The notes under the pieces were generated by a model. The model did no database searches, was not told the origin of the DNA, and worked only from the letters and a program-made list of their open reading frames with translations. Made by a program: the position numbers and the translations under genes. Below are positions 23,424 through 32,583 of a stretch of DNA of 32,583 nt, in pieces (the stretch's first letter is position 1; every line of letters starts with the position of its first letter). The stretch comes from Candidatus Methylomirabilia bacterium (GTDB lineage Bacteria; Methylomirabilota; Methylomirabilia; Rokubacteriales; CSP1-6): assembly GCA_041492755.1 (NCBI GenBank), contig JBGPXN010000039.1:1-32583 (forward strand), read 5' to 3'.

Positions 23424-23912
23424 CTACTCCTTGACGAACTCCTGCACGGCGTCGAACAGGTTGGCTTCGAAGCGGCCGGTCGAGGCGCACGCATAGACGG
23501 GGCTCGGCTTGAGCTTGCCCGAGGAGCCCTTGCGCGCGGCCTGCGTGCGCATCTTGGAGTTGATGAGCACGCGGGTCTCCGCGCCGTTTTCTTCGAGAAA
23601 GAGCGTGAAGGAGACGAGCGCCTCGCCCTCGATGCGGTCATCACCGATCCGGCCACAGTCGGCGTAGTGTCCGACCGTCGTCACGAACTCGTCCGACGCG
23701 ATCACCCCCGAGTCGCGCGCGATGGCGCGCAACGGCACGTTCTCCCTGGCCAGCGCGCGGATGATGGCGCGCCACGTCTTGGCGTAGGCGGCCGAGACTT
23801 CGGCGCGAAAGGGCGGCGGCGCCAGGGGCGTCACCGGCGCCCGGGCGCAGCCGGCCATCGCGAGCAGCGCGGCGCCGACGGCGACACTACCTCTTATGAT
23901 GGTCGATGCCAC
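23424..23912 (-). CDS. Uncharacterised lipoprotein
   Basis: Lipobox LAMAG-C, then YAKTWRAIIRAL...RDSGVIASD and two further Cys (ADCG, YACASTGRFE). Confidence 0.75.
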   Translation of the reverse strand: MASTIIRGSVAVGAALLAMAGCARAPVTPLAPPPFRAEVSAAYAKTWRAIIRALARENVPLRAIARDSGVIASDEFVTTVGHYADCGRIGDDRIEGEALVSFTLFLEENGAETRVLINSKMRTQAARKGSSGKLKPSPVYACASTGRFEANLFDAVQEFVKE

Positions 23913-24432
23913 GGTAGGACTCGATGAAGCGGACGACGCGCTTCTCGTCGAGGTCCGGCATGGTCTCGATGCGGGTCCACGCGGTCAGCGCGATCCGGGT
24001 CTTCATCGAGGGATAGGGCGCGAGGATCACGAACTTGTCGTACTTCTTGACGACCGCCTGCAACCTGCTCACGACGTCGGGGCAGTCGCAGCTGTATTGC
24101 ACCACCACCCCGCCGTCCTCGAGGTTGTGGACCTGCAGCTCGGGCGGGATCGGTCGATTGTGGATGCCCCAGGGCGCGATGTACGGCAGGTGGGGGCCCG
24201 ACGTCGGCGGATCCGAGTTGTAGGGCTCGTGCGGATCACCCTCCCGCGAAATGTGGAGGTTGCCCTGGTCCGGCATCTTCAGGCCAGGCAGATCGGCCTG
24301 GGCGCGGTACGCGAAATAGCCGACCACGGCCGCCACCACGAGAGCGGCGACCGCTCCCAGCGGCATCCACGCCCGGCGCGCGCGGCGCGCCGGACGTTTC
24401 TTCATCTCACGCTTGTCTTGCTTGGCCATCAC
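23887..24432 (-). CDS. DUF3105-domain membrane-anchored protein
   Basis: Basic N-terminus, one TM, then YNSDPPTSGPH, VHNLEDGGVVVQY and IALTAW. Start GTG 24432 or ATG 24429. Confidence 0.85.
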   Translation of the reverse strand: MMAKQDKREMKKRPARRARRAWMPLGAVAALVVAAVVGYFAYRAQADLPGLKMPDQGNLHISREGDPHEPYNSDPPTSGPHLPYIAPWGIHNRPIPPELQVHNLEDGGVVVQYSCDCPDVVSRLQAVVKKYDKFVILAPYPSMKTRIALTAWTRIETMPDLDEKRVVRFIESYRGIDHHKR

Positions 24433-24446
24433 GCTCGCTCGGGGGC

Positions 24447-24544
24447 TGGCGGAAGCGTGTGGGAGTCGAACCCACCTCCAGCTTGTCTAGAGCCGGACAC
24501 CGGATTTGAAGTCCGGGAGGTCCACCGGGTTCCTTGACGCTTCC
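24447..24544 (-). tRNA. selC: tRNA-Sec (anticodon UCA), 8/5 fold
   Basis: 8-bp acceptor GGAAGCGT/ACGCTTCC, anticodon arm CCGGA-CTTCAAA-TCCGG, long variable arm, T arm GTGGG-TTCGACT-CCCAC and GCCA end. Lies upstream of selA and selB. Confidence 0.96.
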
Positions 24545-24555
24545 AAGGCCTTCCG

Positions 24556-24564
24556 AGTGTACCA
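24556..24564 (-). promoter_or_regulatory. Extended -10 (TG-g-TACACT) for selC
   Basis: TGGTACACT ends 11 nt before the tRNA 5' end. Confidence 0.6.
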
Positions 24565-24612
24565 CCGGGCTTCGCGGACCCGTACGCGGCGGCGCGTCAG
24601 CGTCAGCAGCGA

Positions 24613-24861
24613 CTAGGCGCGCCCGCCGGCAAGGGGCGGGAAGAACGTCACCTGATCGTCGGGACGGAGACGGTGGTCGGGTTCGACCTCCTCGCCGTTG
24701 ACGAGGACGACACGCGGCAAGTCGGGCGGGATCCCGAGCCGAGACGCGAGGTCGGCGACGGTGGCGTCATCCGGAAGATCGACCCGGGCACGACCGCGGC
24801 TATCGTGTTCGGGGGGAAGGTACGGCGTCAGCGTTGCGAAGAGCTCGACTTCGACGGTCAC
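24613..24861 (-). CDS. MoaD/ThiS family ubiquitin-like protein ending GG-RA
   Basis: VEVELFATL...TVADL...VLVNG...D.VTFFPPLAGG. Its GTG overlaps the upstream TGA. Confidence 0.9.
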   Translation of the reverse strand: MTVEVELFATLTPYLPPEHDSRGRARVDLPDDATVADLASRLGIPPDLPRVVLVNGEEVEPDHRLRPDDQVTFFPPLAGGRA

Positions 24862-26237
24862 CTACCCGGCAATGACGCGGAGCCGTCAGCGGTGAGCCGG
24901 GTCCCAGCGACGCGGAGATGGTCGCCGGCGCGAATGAAGTCGCTCTCGTTGAGCTTATTCCAGCGCCGCAGGTCGGCCACCGAAACGCCGTACCGCTTGG
25001 CGATCCCGCTAACCGTGTCCCGCGGTTTGACGACGTGGACGTCACCCGCGCCCGCTTTGGCGCCGTTGGCGCCATGTGCTCCGTTTCGGCCTGGGGCCTT
25101 GGCCACGACCGTGGGCTTCGGCGGCGGAGCCAGGGCAATGAGCACGGCTTCACGGCTCGACGCCGGAATCCGGAGGTCATAGGGATCGTGCGGCGGCGTC
25201 ACCGCGCGGACGAGAACGGGGTTGAGGTCGCGAAGCGCCTCGACGGGCACGCTCGCGGCGACTGCGAGCTTCTGAAGACTCGTCGACGGTGGAACCCGCA
25301 CGGTCTCGATGCGCGCGCGGCCGGGCTCGGTCACTTCGAAGCCGTACCGCTCTGGCTCTCTGCCGATCATGGTCGCGGCCTGGATCTGCGGAACGAACTC
25401 CTTGGTTTCGGTCTTGAGGAAGGCGCTGCGCGCCAGGGCCCAAAAATCGGTGGAGCCCACCCCCTTGATGGCGCGAATGACCCTCATTTCCCCCGCGTTG
25501 TAGGCCGCCTGGGCCAGATGCCAGGACCCGAACTGGACGTAGAGATCACGCAGATAGGCGACCGCGGCCAGCGTCGACTTCTCGGGATCCAGCCGCTCGT
25601 CGACCCACTGATCCACGCGGAGGCCGTAACGCCGCGCCGTGCCCGCCATGAACTGCCACATGCCCTTGGCGCCGGCACGGGACACGGCCAGCGGGTTGAA
25701 TCCGCTCTCGATCATCGCCACGAACGCGAGTTCCTCCGGCATCTCGTGGCGACGAAGCACGTCGCGGATCATGCTCAGGTACCGCCCCGACCGCGTGAAC
25801 CACATGTCGACGACTTCACGGCGGGCGCCGGTGAAGCGATCGACGAAGTACTGCACCTGGGAATTGAGGACCTGGGGGTAAGGTAAGAAGCGGGACGTCC
25901 GCGGCGCCGGCACGCGCGAATTCTCGGCGAATGCAGCCGCCCACGGATCGAAAGGAATATCGACGACCTCGATGCCTTGGGGCTTGGGCGGCGGCGCGGC
26001 TTCAGCGAGCGGGACGGCAGCAGCGGCAGGCGGCGTGGCCCCGGAACCCATGTCCTCGATAGGGCGTTCCGCCAATAGATCGAGTGGTCCAAGGTCGATC
26101 TGCTGAGGCGGAACGGCATGCTCGAGGAGATCAGCGGATATGGGAAGCGGCTCGGCTGCACAGGGCGCGACGGCGCCCGATGCGAAAAGCACCAAGAAAG
26201 CGACGGATCGCCGGAGAAAACGGGCTTGAATGGCCAT
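24858..26237 (-). CDS. mltD: MltD-like lytic transglycosylase with C-terminal LysM
   Basis: AMIESGFNP, AKGMWQFM, DERLDP, AAYNAGE, ETKEFVP and LysM HVVKPRDTVSGIAKRYGVS. Probable start ATG 26237 (signal peptide). Confidence 0.88.
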   Translation of the reverse strand: MAIQARFLRRSVAFLVLFASGAVAPCAAEPLPISADLLEHAVPPQQIDLGPLDLLAERPIEDMGSGATPPAAAAVPLAEAAPPPKPQGIEVVDIPFDPWAAAFAENSRVPAPRTSRFLPYPQVLNSQVQYFVDRFTGARREVVDMWFTRSGRYLSMIRDVLRRHEMPEELAFVAMIESGFNPLAVSRAGAKGMWQFMAGTARRYGLRVDQWVDERLDPEKSTLAAVAYLRDLYVQFGSWHLAQAAYNAGEMRVIRAIKGVGSTDFWALARSAFLKTETKEFVPQIQAATMIGREPERYGFEVTEPGRARIETVRVPPSTSLQKLAVAASVPVEALRDLNPVLVRAVTPPHDPYDLRIPASSREAVLIALAPPPKPTVVAKAPGRNGAHGANGAKAGAGDVHVVKPRDTVSGIAKRYGVSVADLRRWNKLNESDFIRAGDHLRVAGTRLTADGSASLPGR

Positions 26238-26294
26238 GGAGCGTGTATTCCCGCTAAATGCATACCACGTCGGTTGGCCAGGGGTCAACGAAGC

Positions 26295-26323
26295 TTGACA
26301 GGACCCATCGACGACACTAAAGT
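26295..26323 (+). promoter_or_regulatory. Sigma70-type promoter TTGACA-N17-TAAAGT
   Basis: Consensus -35 and 17-nt spacer. It sits back-to-back with a weaker minus-strand TTGACC-N18-TATGCA pointing at mltD. Confidence 0.75.
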
Positions 26324-26447
26324 AAATGTGGCTTTCGGGTATATTTCTCGGCCACTTAGGAAGGAGGAACAGCCCAGGCCCTACCACCATACCCGGCCCT
26401 CACCTGGACCAATCTACTTCAGACACCATCGTGGAGGATTTTTACCC

Positions 26448-26882
26448 GTGAAGAGACTCATCGCGCTTGCAATGGGAGTAGCGTTCATCACCGGTATCGT
26501 CGGCTTCGCTGCTGCCCAAACCAGCACCACGCCGCCGGCCACCGAGAAGAAGGCCGGCGACGCGAAGTCCGGTGACATGAAGAAGATGGCGAAGAAGAAC
26601 GCCAGCGGCACGGTGAAGTCGGCGTCGGCCGACAGCATCACGGTCGCGGGCAAGGACAAGGGCAAGGACGCGGAGTGGACGTTCGGCGTCGACCCCAAGA
26701 CCACCATCAAAAAGGCTGGCAAGTCGATCACCCCGGCCGACGTGAAGGCCGGCGACTCGGTGTCCGTTCAGTACATGGAGCATGACGGCAAGCCAGTCGC
26801 GTCGAACGTGACCGTGAAGGCTCCCCCGGCTGCGAAGAAGGCGGACGACAAGGCGGCGGCAAAGCCCGCCGAGAAGAAGTAA
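26448..26882 (+). CDS. Secreted Lys/Ala-rich protein with small beta (OB-fold-like, DUF5666-like) domain
   Basis: GGAGG SD, GTG start, signal peptide ending AAA-Q, and SGTVKS...SITV...TFGVDPKT...DVKAGDSVSVQY. Has its own promoter and terminator. Confidence 0.85.
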   Translation: MKRLIALAMGVAFITGIVGFAAAQTSTTPPATEKKAGDAKSGDMKKMAKKNASGTVKSASADSITVAGKDKGKDAEWTFGVDPKTTIKKAGKSITPADVKAGDSVSVQYMEHDGKPVASNVTVKAPPAAKKADDKAAAKPAEKK

Positions 26883-26907
26883 ACTCGCTCTCGCACTCAC
26901 GACGAGC

Positions 26908-26945
26908 GACGGGCGCCGGGGGATCCCTCCGGCGCCCGTCATTTT
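26908..26945 (+). terminator. Intrinsic terminator
   Basis: GACGGGCGCCGG/CCGGCGCCCGTC 12-bp stem followed by ATTTT, between convergent genes. Confidence 0.8.
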
Positions 26946-26969
26946 CACCCACTACCGTCGCCGGGCCGT

Positions 26970-27830
26970 TCAACTCGGCGGCCGGCGCTCCTCGGCCGGC
27001 CGCGTCCGCCATCGGTTGTGCATCCAGAACCACTGCTCCGGCGCACGACGGATTGCGGCCTCCACCCGAGCCGTGCAGAGAGCGGTGAGCTCGCGCACCG
27101 CCCCTTCGCGGTCAGACCCCACCGGGGGGACGAGTGCGGGCTCGATGCCGATGCGGTGGCGGCCATCCGCCTCCCGCCGGATGAAGACCGGCACCACGGG
27201 CGCACCCGTACGCAGCGCGAGCACTGCCACGCTGCGCGATGTGCTGGCAGGAACGCCGAAGAATGGGACGAAGACCGCCTCGTCACGCGCGGCGTTCTGA
27301 TCGAGCAGGATCCCCACCAGGCGGCCACGCCGTAGCGCCGTCAGCACCGGCCGTAGCGCCTGGCGCTTGTCGACGAGTTCGACCCCCGTCTTTTCGCGCA
27401 GCCGCCGGGCCAGAAGGTCGAGCCAACCGGAATCGAGCGGACGCGCCACCACCGCGAGCGAGTAGTTCGTGAGGCGGTGGCCCGCGCTCAAGAGCTCCCA
27501 ATTCCCGAGATGCCCGGTCAACAGGAGCGCCCGGCCGTGCGCCTCCATCACGCTCTTGAGCGAATCGACCCCATCGATGTCGATCCGGGCCAGGGTCCAC
27601 GCGAGCGGCCGCGCCAGCGCCGCGCAGAGCTCCATCGCCATGAGACCGAGGTGCTGGCAGGCCCCGCGTGCGAGGCGGCGGCGGGCACGGGAATCGAGCT
27701 CGGGGAAGGCGGTGCCGAGGTTGCGCAGCGCGAGACGACGGCGACCCGGCAGGGCGACGAAGAGCAGGTCGCCGAGGCGGCGACCCAGCCACGCCGCCAG
27801 GGCCGGCGGCAGCCTCCCGAGGGCCGTCAC
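26970..27830 (-). CDS. Lipid A late acyltransferase (LpxL/HtrB family)
   Basis: LTGHLGNWE, GILLDQ, VPFFG and PEQWFWMHNRWR motifs. Confidence 0.9.
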   Translation of the reverse strand: MTALGRLPPALAAWLGRRLGDLLFVALPGRRRLALRNLGTAFPELDSRARRRLARGACQHLGLMAMELCAALARPLAWTLARIDIDGVDSLKSVMEAHGRALLLTGHLGNWELLSAGHRLTNYSLAVVARPLDSGWLDLLARRLREKTGVELVDKRQALRPVLTALRRGRLVGILLDQNAARDEAVFVPFFGVPASTSRSVAVLALRTGAPVVPVFIRREADGRHRIGIEPALVPPVGSDREGAVRELTALCTARVEAAIRRAPEQWFWMHNRWRTRPAEERRPPS

Positions 27831-27844
27831 CAGGCCGGTGCCGA

Positions 27845-28471
27845 TCAGACCGACTGCTTCCTCCGCTCCCGCACGATCTCGACCACGATCGGGAGGACGG
27901 ATAGCACGATCACCACCGCCACCACAATGTGGATGCGCGAGTTGATGTTGGGGATCACCTGTCCGAGCACATAGCCGGTGAGCACCATGCCGACGACCCA
28001 GCCGGTGCCGCCGAAGATGTTATAGGCGAGGAAGCGCCGATAGTTCATCTGGCCAACGCCTGCCACCACGGGGGCAAAGGTCCTGACGATGGGGACGAAG
28101 CGGGCGATCACGATGGTCTTCGCTCCGTGACGCTCGTAAAAGATCCGCGTTCGTTCGATGTGCTTCGGGTTGAACAGCAGTGATTTCTCTCGGGTGAACA
28201 GACGCGGCCCCAGGCGAGCGCCGATGGCGTACCCCACGCTGTCACCGATGATGGCGGCGGCCGAGAGCAGGGGGATGAGCACCCACGGGTCGAGGGCGCC
28301 GGTGGCCGCCACCAGTCCGGCCGTGATCAGCAGCGAATCGCCGGGCAGAAAGCACCCGACGAGCAATCCCGTTTCCGTGAACACGATGGCCACGAGGATG
28401 ACGTAGCCGCCCCAGCGGATCAGCGCGTCGAGGGAGTACGCCCCCGTCGCGAGATCGTAGACGAGCTCCAC
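27845..28471 (-). CDS. dedA: DedA family (VTT domain) membrane protein
   Basis: IVFTETGLLVGCFLPGDSLL, GDSVGYAIG and ARFVPIVRTFAP. Start GTG 28471. Confidence 0.93.
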   Translation of the reverse strand: MELVYDLATGAYSLDALIRWGGYVILVAIVFTETGLLVGCFLPGDSLLITAGLVAATGALDPWVLIPLLSAAAIIGDSVGYAIGARLGPRLFTREKSLLFNPKHIERTRIFYERHGAKTIVIARFVPIVRTFAPVVAGVGQMNYRRFLAYNIFGGTGWVVGMVLTGYVLGQVIPNINSRIHIVVAVVIVLSVLPIVVEIVRERRKQSV

Positions 28472-28478
28472 GCGCCCG

Positions 28479-31025
<2,547 letters not shown>

Positions 31026-31094
31026 ACTTCAATGGCTCCTTGCGTGAGAACTTCCGACTGGTTCGTGCGCAACGTGCCCGCGACGGACGACGCC

Positions 31095-31124
31095 ACTCTA
31101 CGCGACGCCTCCGCCAAGTGTCAA
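31095..31124 (-). promoter_or_regulatory. Sigma70-type promoter TTGACA-N18-TAGAGT for hppA
   Basis: Consensus -35 and a TAnnnT -10 about 70 nt before the ATG. SD AAGGAG. Confidence 0.65.
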
Positions 31125-31161
31125 TTGGAAACCGGCCGGCGACGCCGTTGAAGTAGTTGAG

Positions 31162-31191
31162 TTGACACGCTTTGTTGGCAATGAGTACGAT
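31162..31191 (+). promoter_or_regulatory. Sigma70-type promoter TTGACA-N18-TACGAT for yacG-rhomboid
   Basis: Consensus -35 and near-consensus -10, divergent from the hppA promoter. Confidence 0.7.
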
Positions 31192-31276
31192 CGCGCCGTC
31201 ATGCTCGAGCGCTCACCCGATGATGGCTCGTGCGTCCCCGACCGCTCCCCGGTGACCACGGTCACGTCGTCGCGGC

Positions 31277-31426
31277 GTGCCCTGCGCCACGTGCCGGCGC
31301 CGGCATCCCTGGTCGGGCAACCCGCACCGTCCTTTCTGCTCCCTCACGTGCCGGCTGGTCGACCTGGGCTACTGGCTCGACGAGGGCTATCGCATCCCCG
31401 GGCCGGAGCGCTCGAATGACGGCTAG
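31277..31426 (+). CDS. yacG: DNA gyrase inhibitor YacG (49 aa; absent from the ORF track)
   Basis: Manual translation gives VPCATCRRRHPWSGNPHRPFCSLTCRLVDLGYWLDEGYRIPGPERSNDG*, carrying the CxxC...RPFCSxxC..xDLG.W...Y.IP signature. Confidence 0.88.
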   Translation: MPCATCRRRHPWSGNPHRPFCSLTCRLVDLGYWLDEGYRIPGPERSNDG

Positions 31427-32237
31427 ACCGACGCGCACGATTGTCTGTCCATCGTGCGGTCGGCTCACCACCGCCGACGCCGCCGAGTGTCTCATCTGCG
31501 GCCGGCGTCGCCCCGGAATGTTCGGCACGCTGTTCCGGCACGTGTTCCGCAGCGGCGACGTCACCGGCGCCATCACCCTCGCCTGCATCGCCTTCTACGT
31601 CGTGAGTCTCGTATTCGATCTTTCGGCCGCGCTGAGACCGCGGGGACCGTTCGATGTCTTCTCTCCTAGTCACAACGCGCTGCAGGCGCTCGGGATGACC
31701 GGCGCGTTCGCATGGCGGTCGGGCCACTGGTGGACGCTGCTCACTGCGATCTACCTTCACGGCAACCTCCTTCACATCCTGTTCAACGTGCTGTGGATCC
31801 GGCAGCTCGGCCCCGCCGTGGAGGAGATCTACGGTCCGGCGCGCTTTTTCATGATCTTCACCGTGTCGGGCGTAGCCGGATTCGTGGTCTCGAACGCGCT
31901 CGGGATCCCGTTCACGGTGGGCGCGTCCGGGGCAATCTTTGGCCTGCTCGGCGCGATGGTGGCTTTCGGTCGAAAGCGCGGTGGCGTGTTCGGTAGTCTC
32001 GTGCTCCGTCAGTACGGTCAGTGGGCGTTGCTGCTGTTCGTGCTCGGCTTCTTCATGTCCGGCGTGAACAACATCGCTCACGCGGGCGGATTCGTGGGCG
32101 GTCTCGGCACCGGGCTCGTCCTCTCGCTCGCTGAACACCGGTCAGAGACGGCGTTCGATCAGCTCCTTGCCGCCGCGCTGGCTGTCCTCACCGTGATCGC
32201 CTTCGCTCTCTCGCTCTGGACCGCCTTCGTTGGCTGA
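31416..32237 (+). CDS. Rhomboid intramembrane serine protease with N-terminal Zn ribbon
   Basis: CPSCG...CLICG, then WW.LLTAIYLH...HILFN, catalytic GASG and AHAGG. Start ATG 31416. Confidence 0.92.
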   Translation: MTARPTRTIVCPSCGRLTTADAAECLICGRRRPGMFGTLFRHVFRSGDVTGAITLACIAFYVVSLVFDLSAALRPRGPFDVFSPSHNALQALGMTGAFAWRSGHWWTLLTAIYLHGNLLHILFNVLWIRQLGPAVEEIYGPARFFMIFTVSGVAGFVVSNALGIPFTVGASGAIFGLLGAMVAFGRKRGGVFGSLVLRQYGQWALLLFVLGFFMSGVNNIAHAGGFVGGLGTGLVLSLAEHRSETAFDQLLAAALAVLTVIAFALSLWTAFVG

Positions 32238-32257
32238 ACACGACTGCCGCTGAACAC

Positions 32258-32295
32258 AAAAGCGCCCGGAGTCTTTTGAAACCCCGGGCGCTTTT
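32258..32295. terminator. Bidirectional intrinsic terminator (rrn operon and rhomboid)
   Basis: AAAAGCGCCCGG...CCGGGCGCTTTT gives a U-tract on both strands. Confidence 0.88.
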
Positions 32296-32303
32296 CTCAT
32301 TTA

Positions 32304-32421
<118 letters not shown>

Positions 32422-32487
32422 ATTGTTTTCGAACACGGAGATCCTCGAGCGTAGCCAGGCGACGCTCTCGAGCGGTAGGGATATTAG

Positions 32488-32583
32488 TGGTCAAGCCGCA
32501 CGGGCGATTAGTACCGGTCAGCTGAACGCGTTACCGCGCTTACACCTCCGGCCTATCAACCTGGTGATCTACCAGGGCCCTTC
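32488..32583 (-). rRNA. rrl: 23S rRNA, 3' end (partial)
   Basis: GGTTGATAGGCCGGAGGTGTAAGCG...GGTACTAATCGCCCGTGCGGCTTGACCA is a typical 23S terminus, upstream of the 5S gene. Confidence 0.96.

Noticed and set aside
24433..24480. Genomic island integrated at selC
   Set aside because: No integrase, no duplicated tRNA 3' end that I could find, and downstream genes have host-like composition.
31026..31090. Riboswitch in the hppA leader
   Set aside because: A modest stem (TTGCG/CGCAA, GAAC/GTTC) precedes the SD, but I cannot match it to a fluoride, Na+ or other known aptamer. An Rfam scan would settle it.
32233..32257. GCTGAACAC direct repeat after the rhomboid stop
   Set aside because: Two 9-nt copies 7 nt apart; too short for an array or att site, probably a local duplication.

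Overview
GC-rich bacterial chromosome segment of mostly core genes; the style suggests a diderm such as Ca. Rokubacteria/Methylomirabilota (inference only). Almost all genes lie on the minus strand. In transcription order they run hppA (divergent K+-independent H+-PPase), dedA, lpxL-like | mltD-like, MoaD/ThiS, tRNA-Sec, DUF3105, lipoprotein, hypothetical, selA, selB, tatA, two GT-C-type membrane glycosyltransferases, DUF4124-aspartyl protease, ileS, lspA, rluD, glmU, glmS, pcrA, gatC, gatA, HEPN remnant, gatB, ftsE, ftsX, envC-like (partial). Plus-strand genes are a secreted OB-fold-like protein, a yacG gene missed by the ORF track, and a Zn-ribbon rhomboid. The window ends with the 3' end of an rRNA operon (23S end and 5S, minus strand). 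I found no CRISPR array, integrase or transposase. The best leads are: a selenocysteine cluster interleaved with uncharacterised genes and a ubiquitin-like carrier with a capped GG; an atypical tRNA-Sec D-arm; an in-frame UGA upstream of yacG; a possible envelope glycosylation/proteolysis module; a 10-nt element in the 23S-5S spacer complementary to 5S loop C; and a mini-ORF that duplicates the ftsE start. All family assignments come from motif recognition, not database searches.
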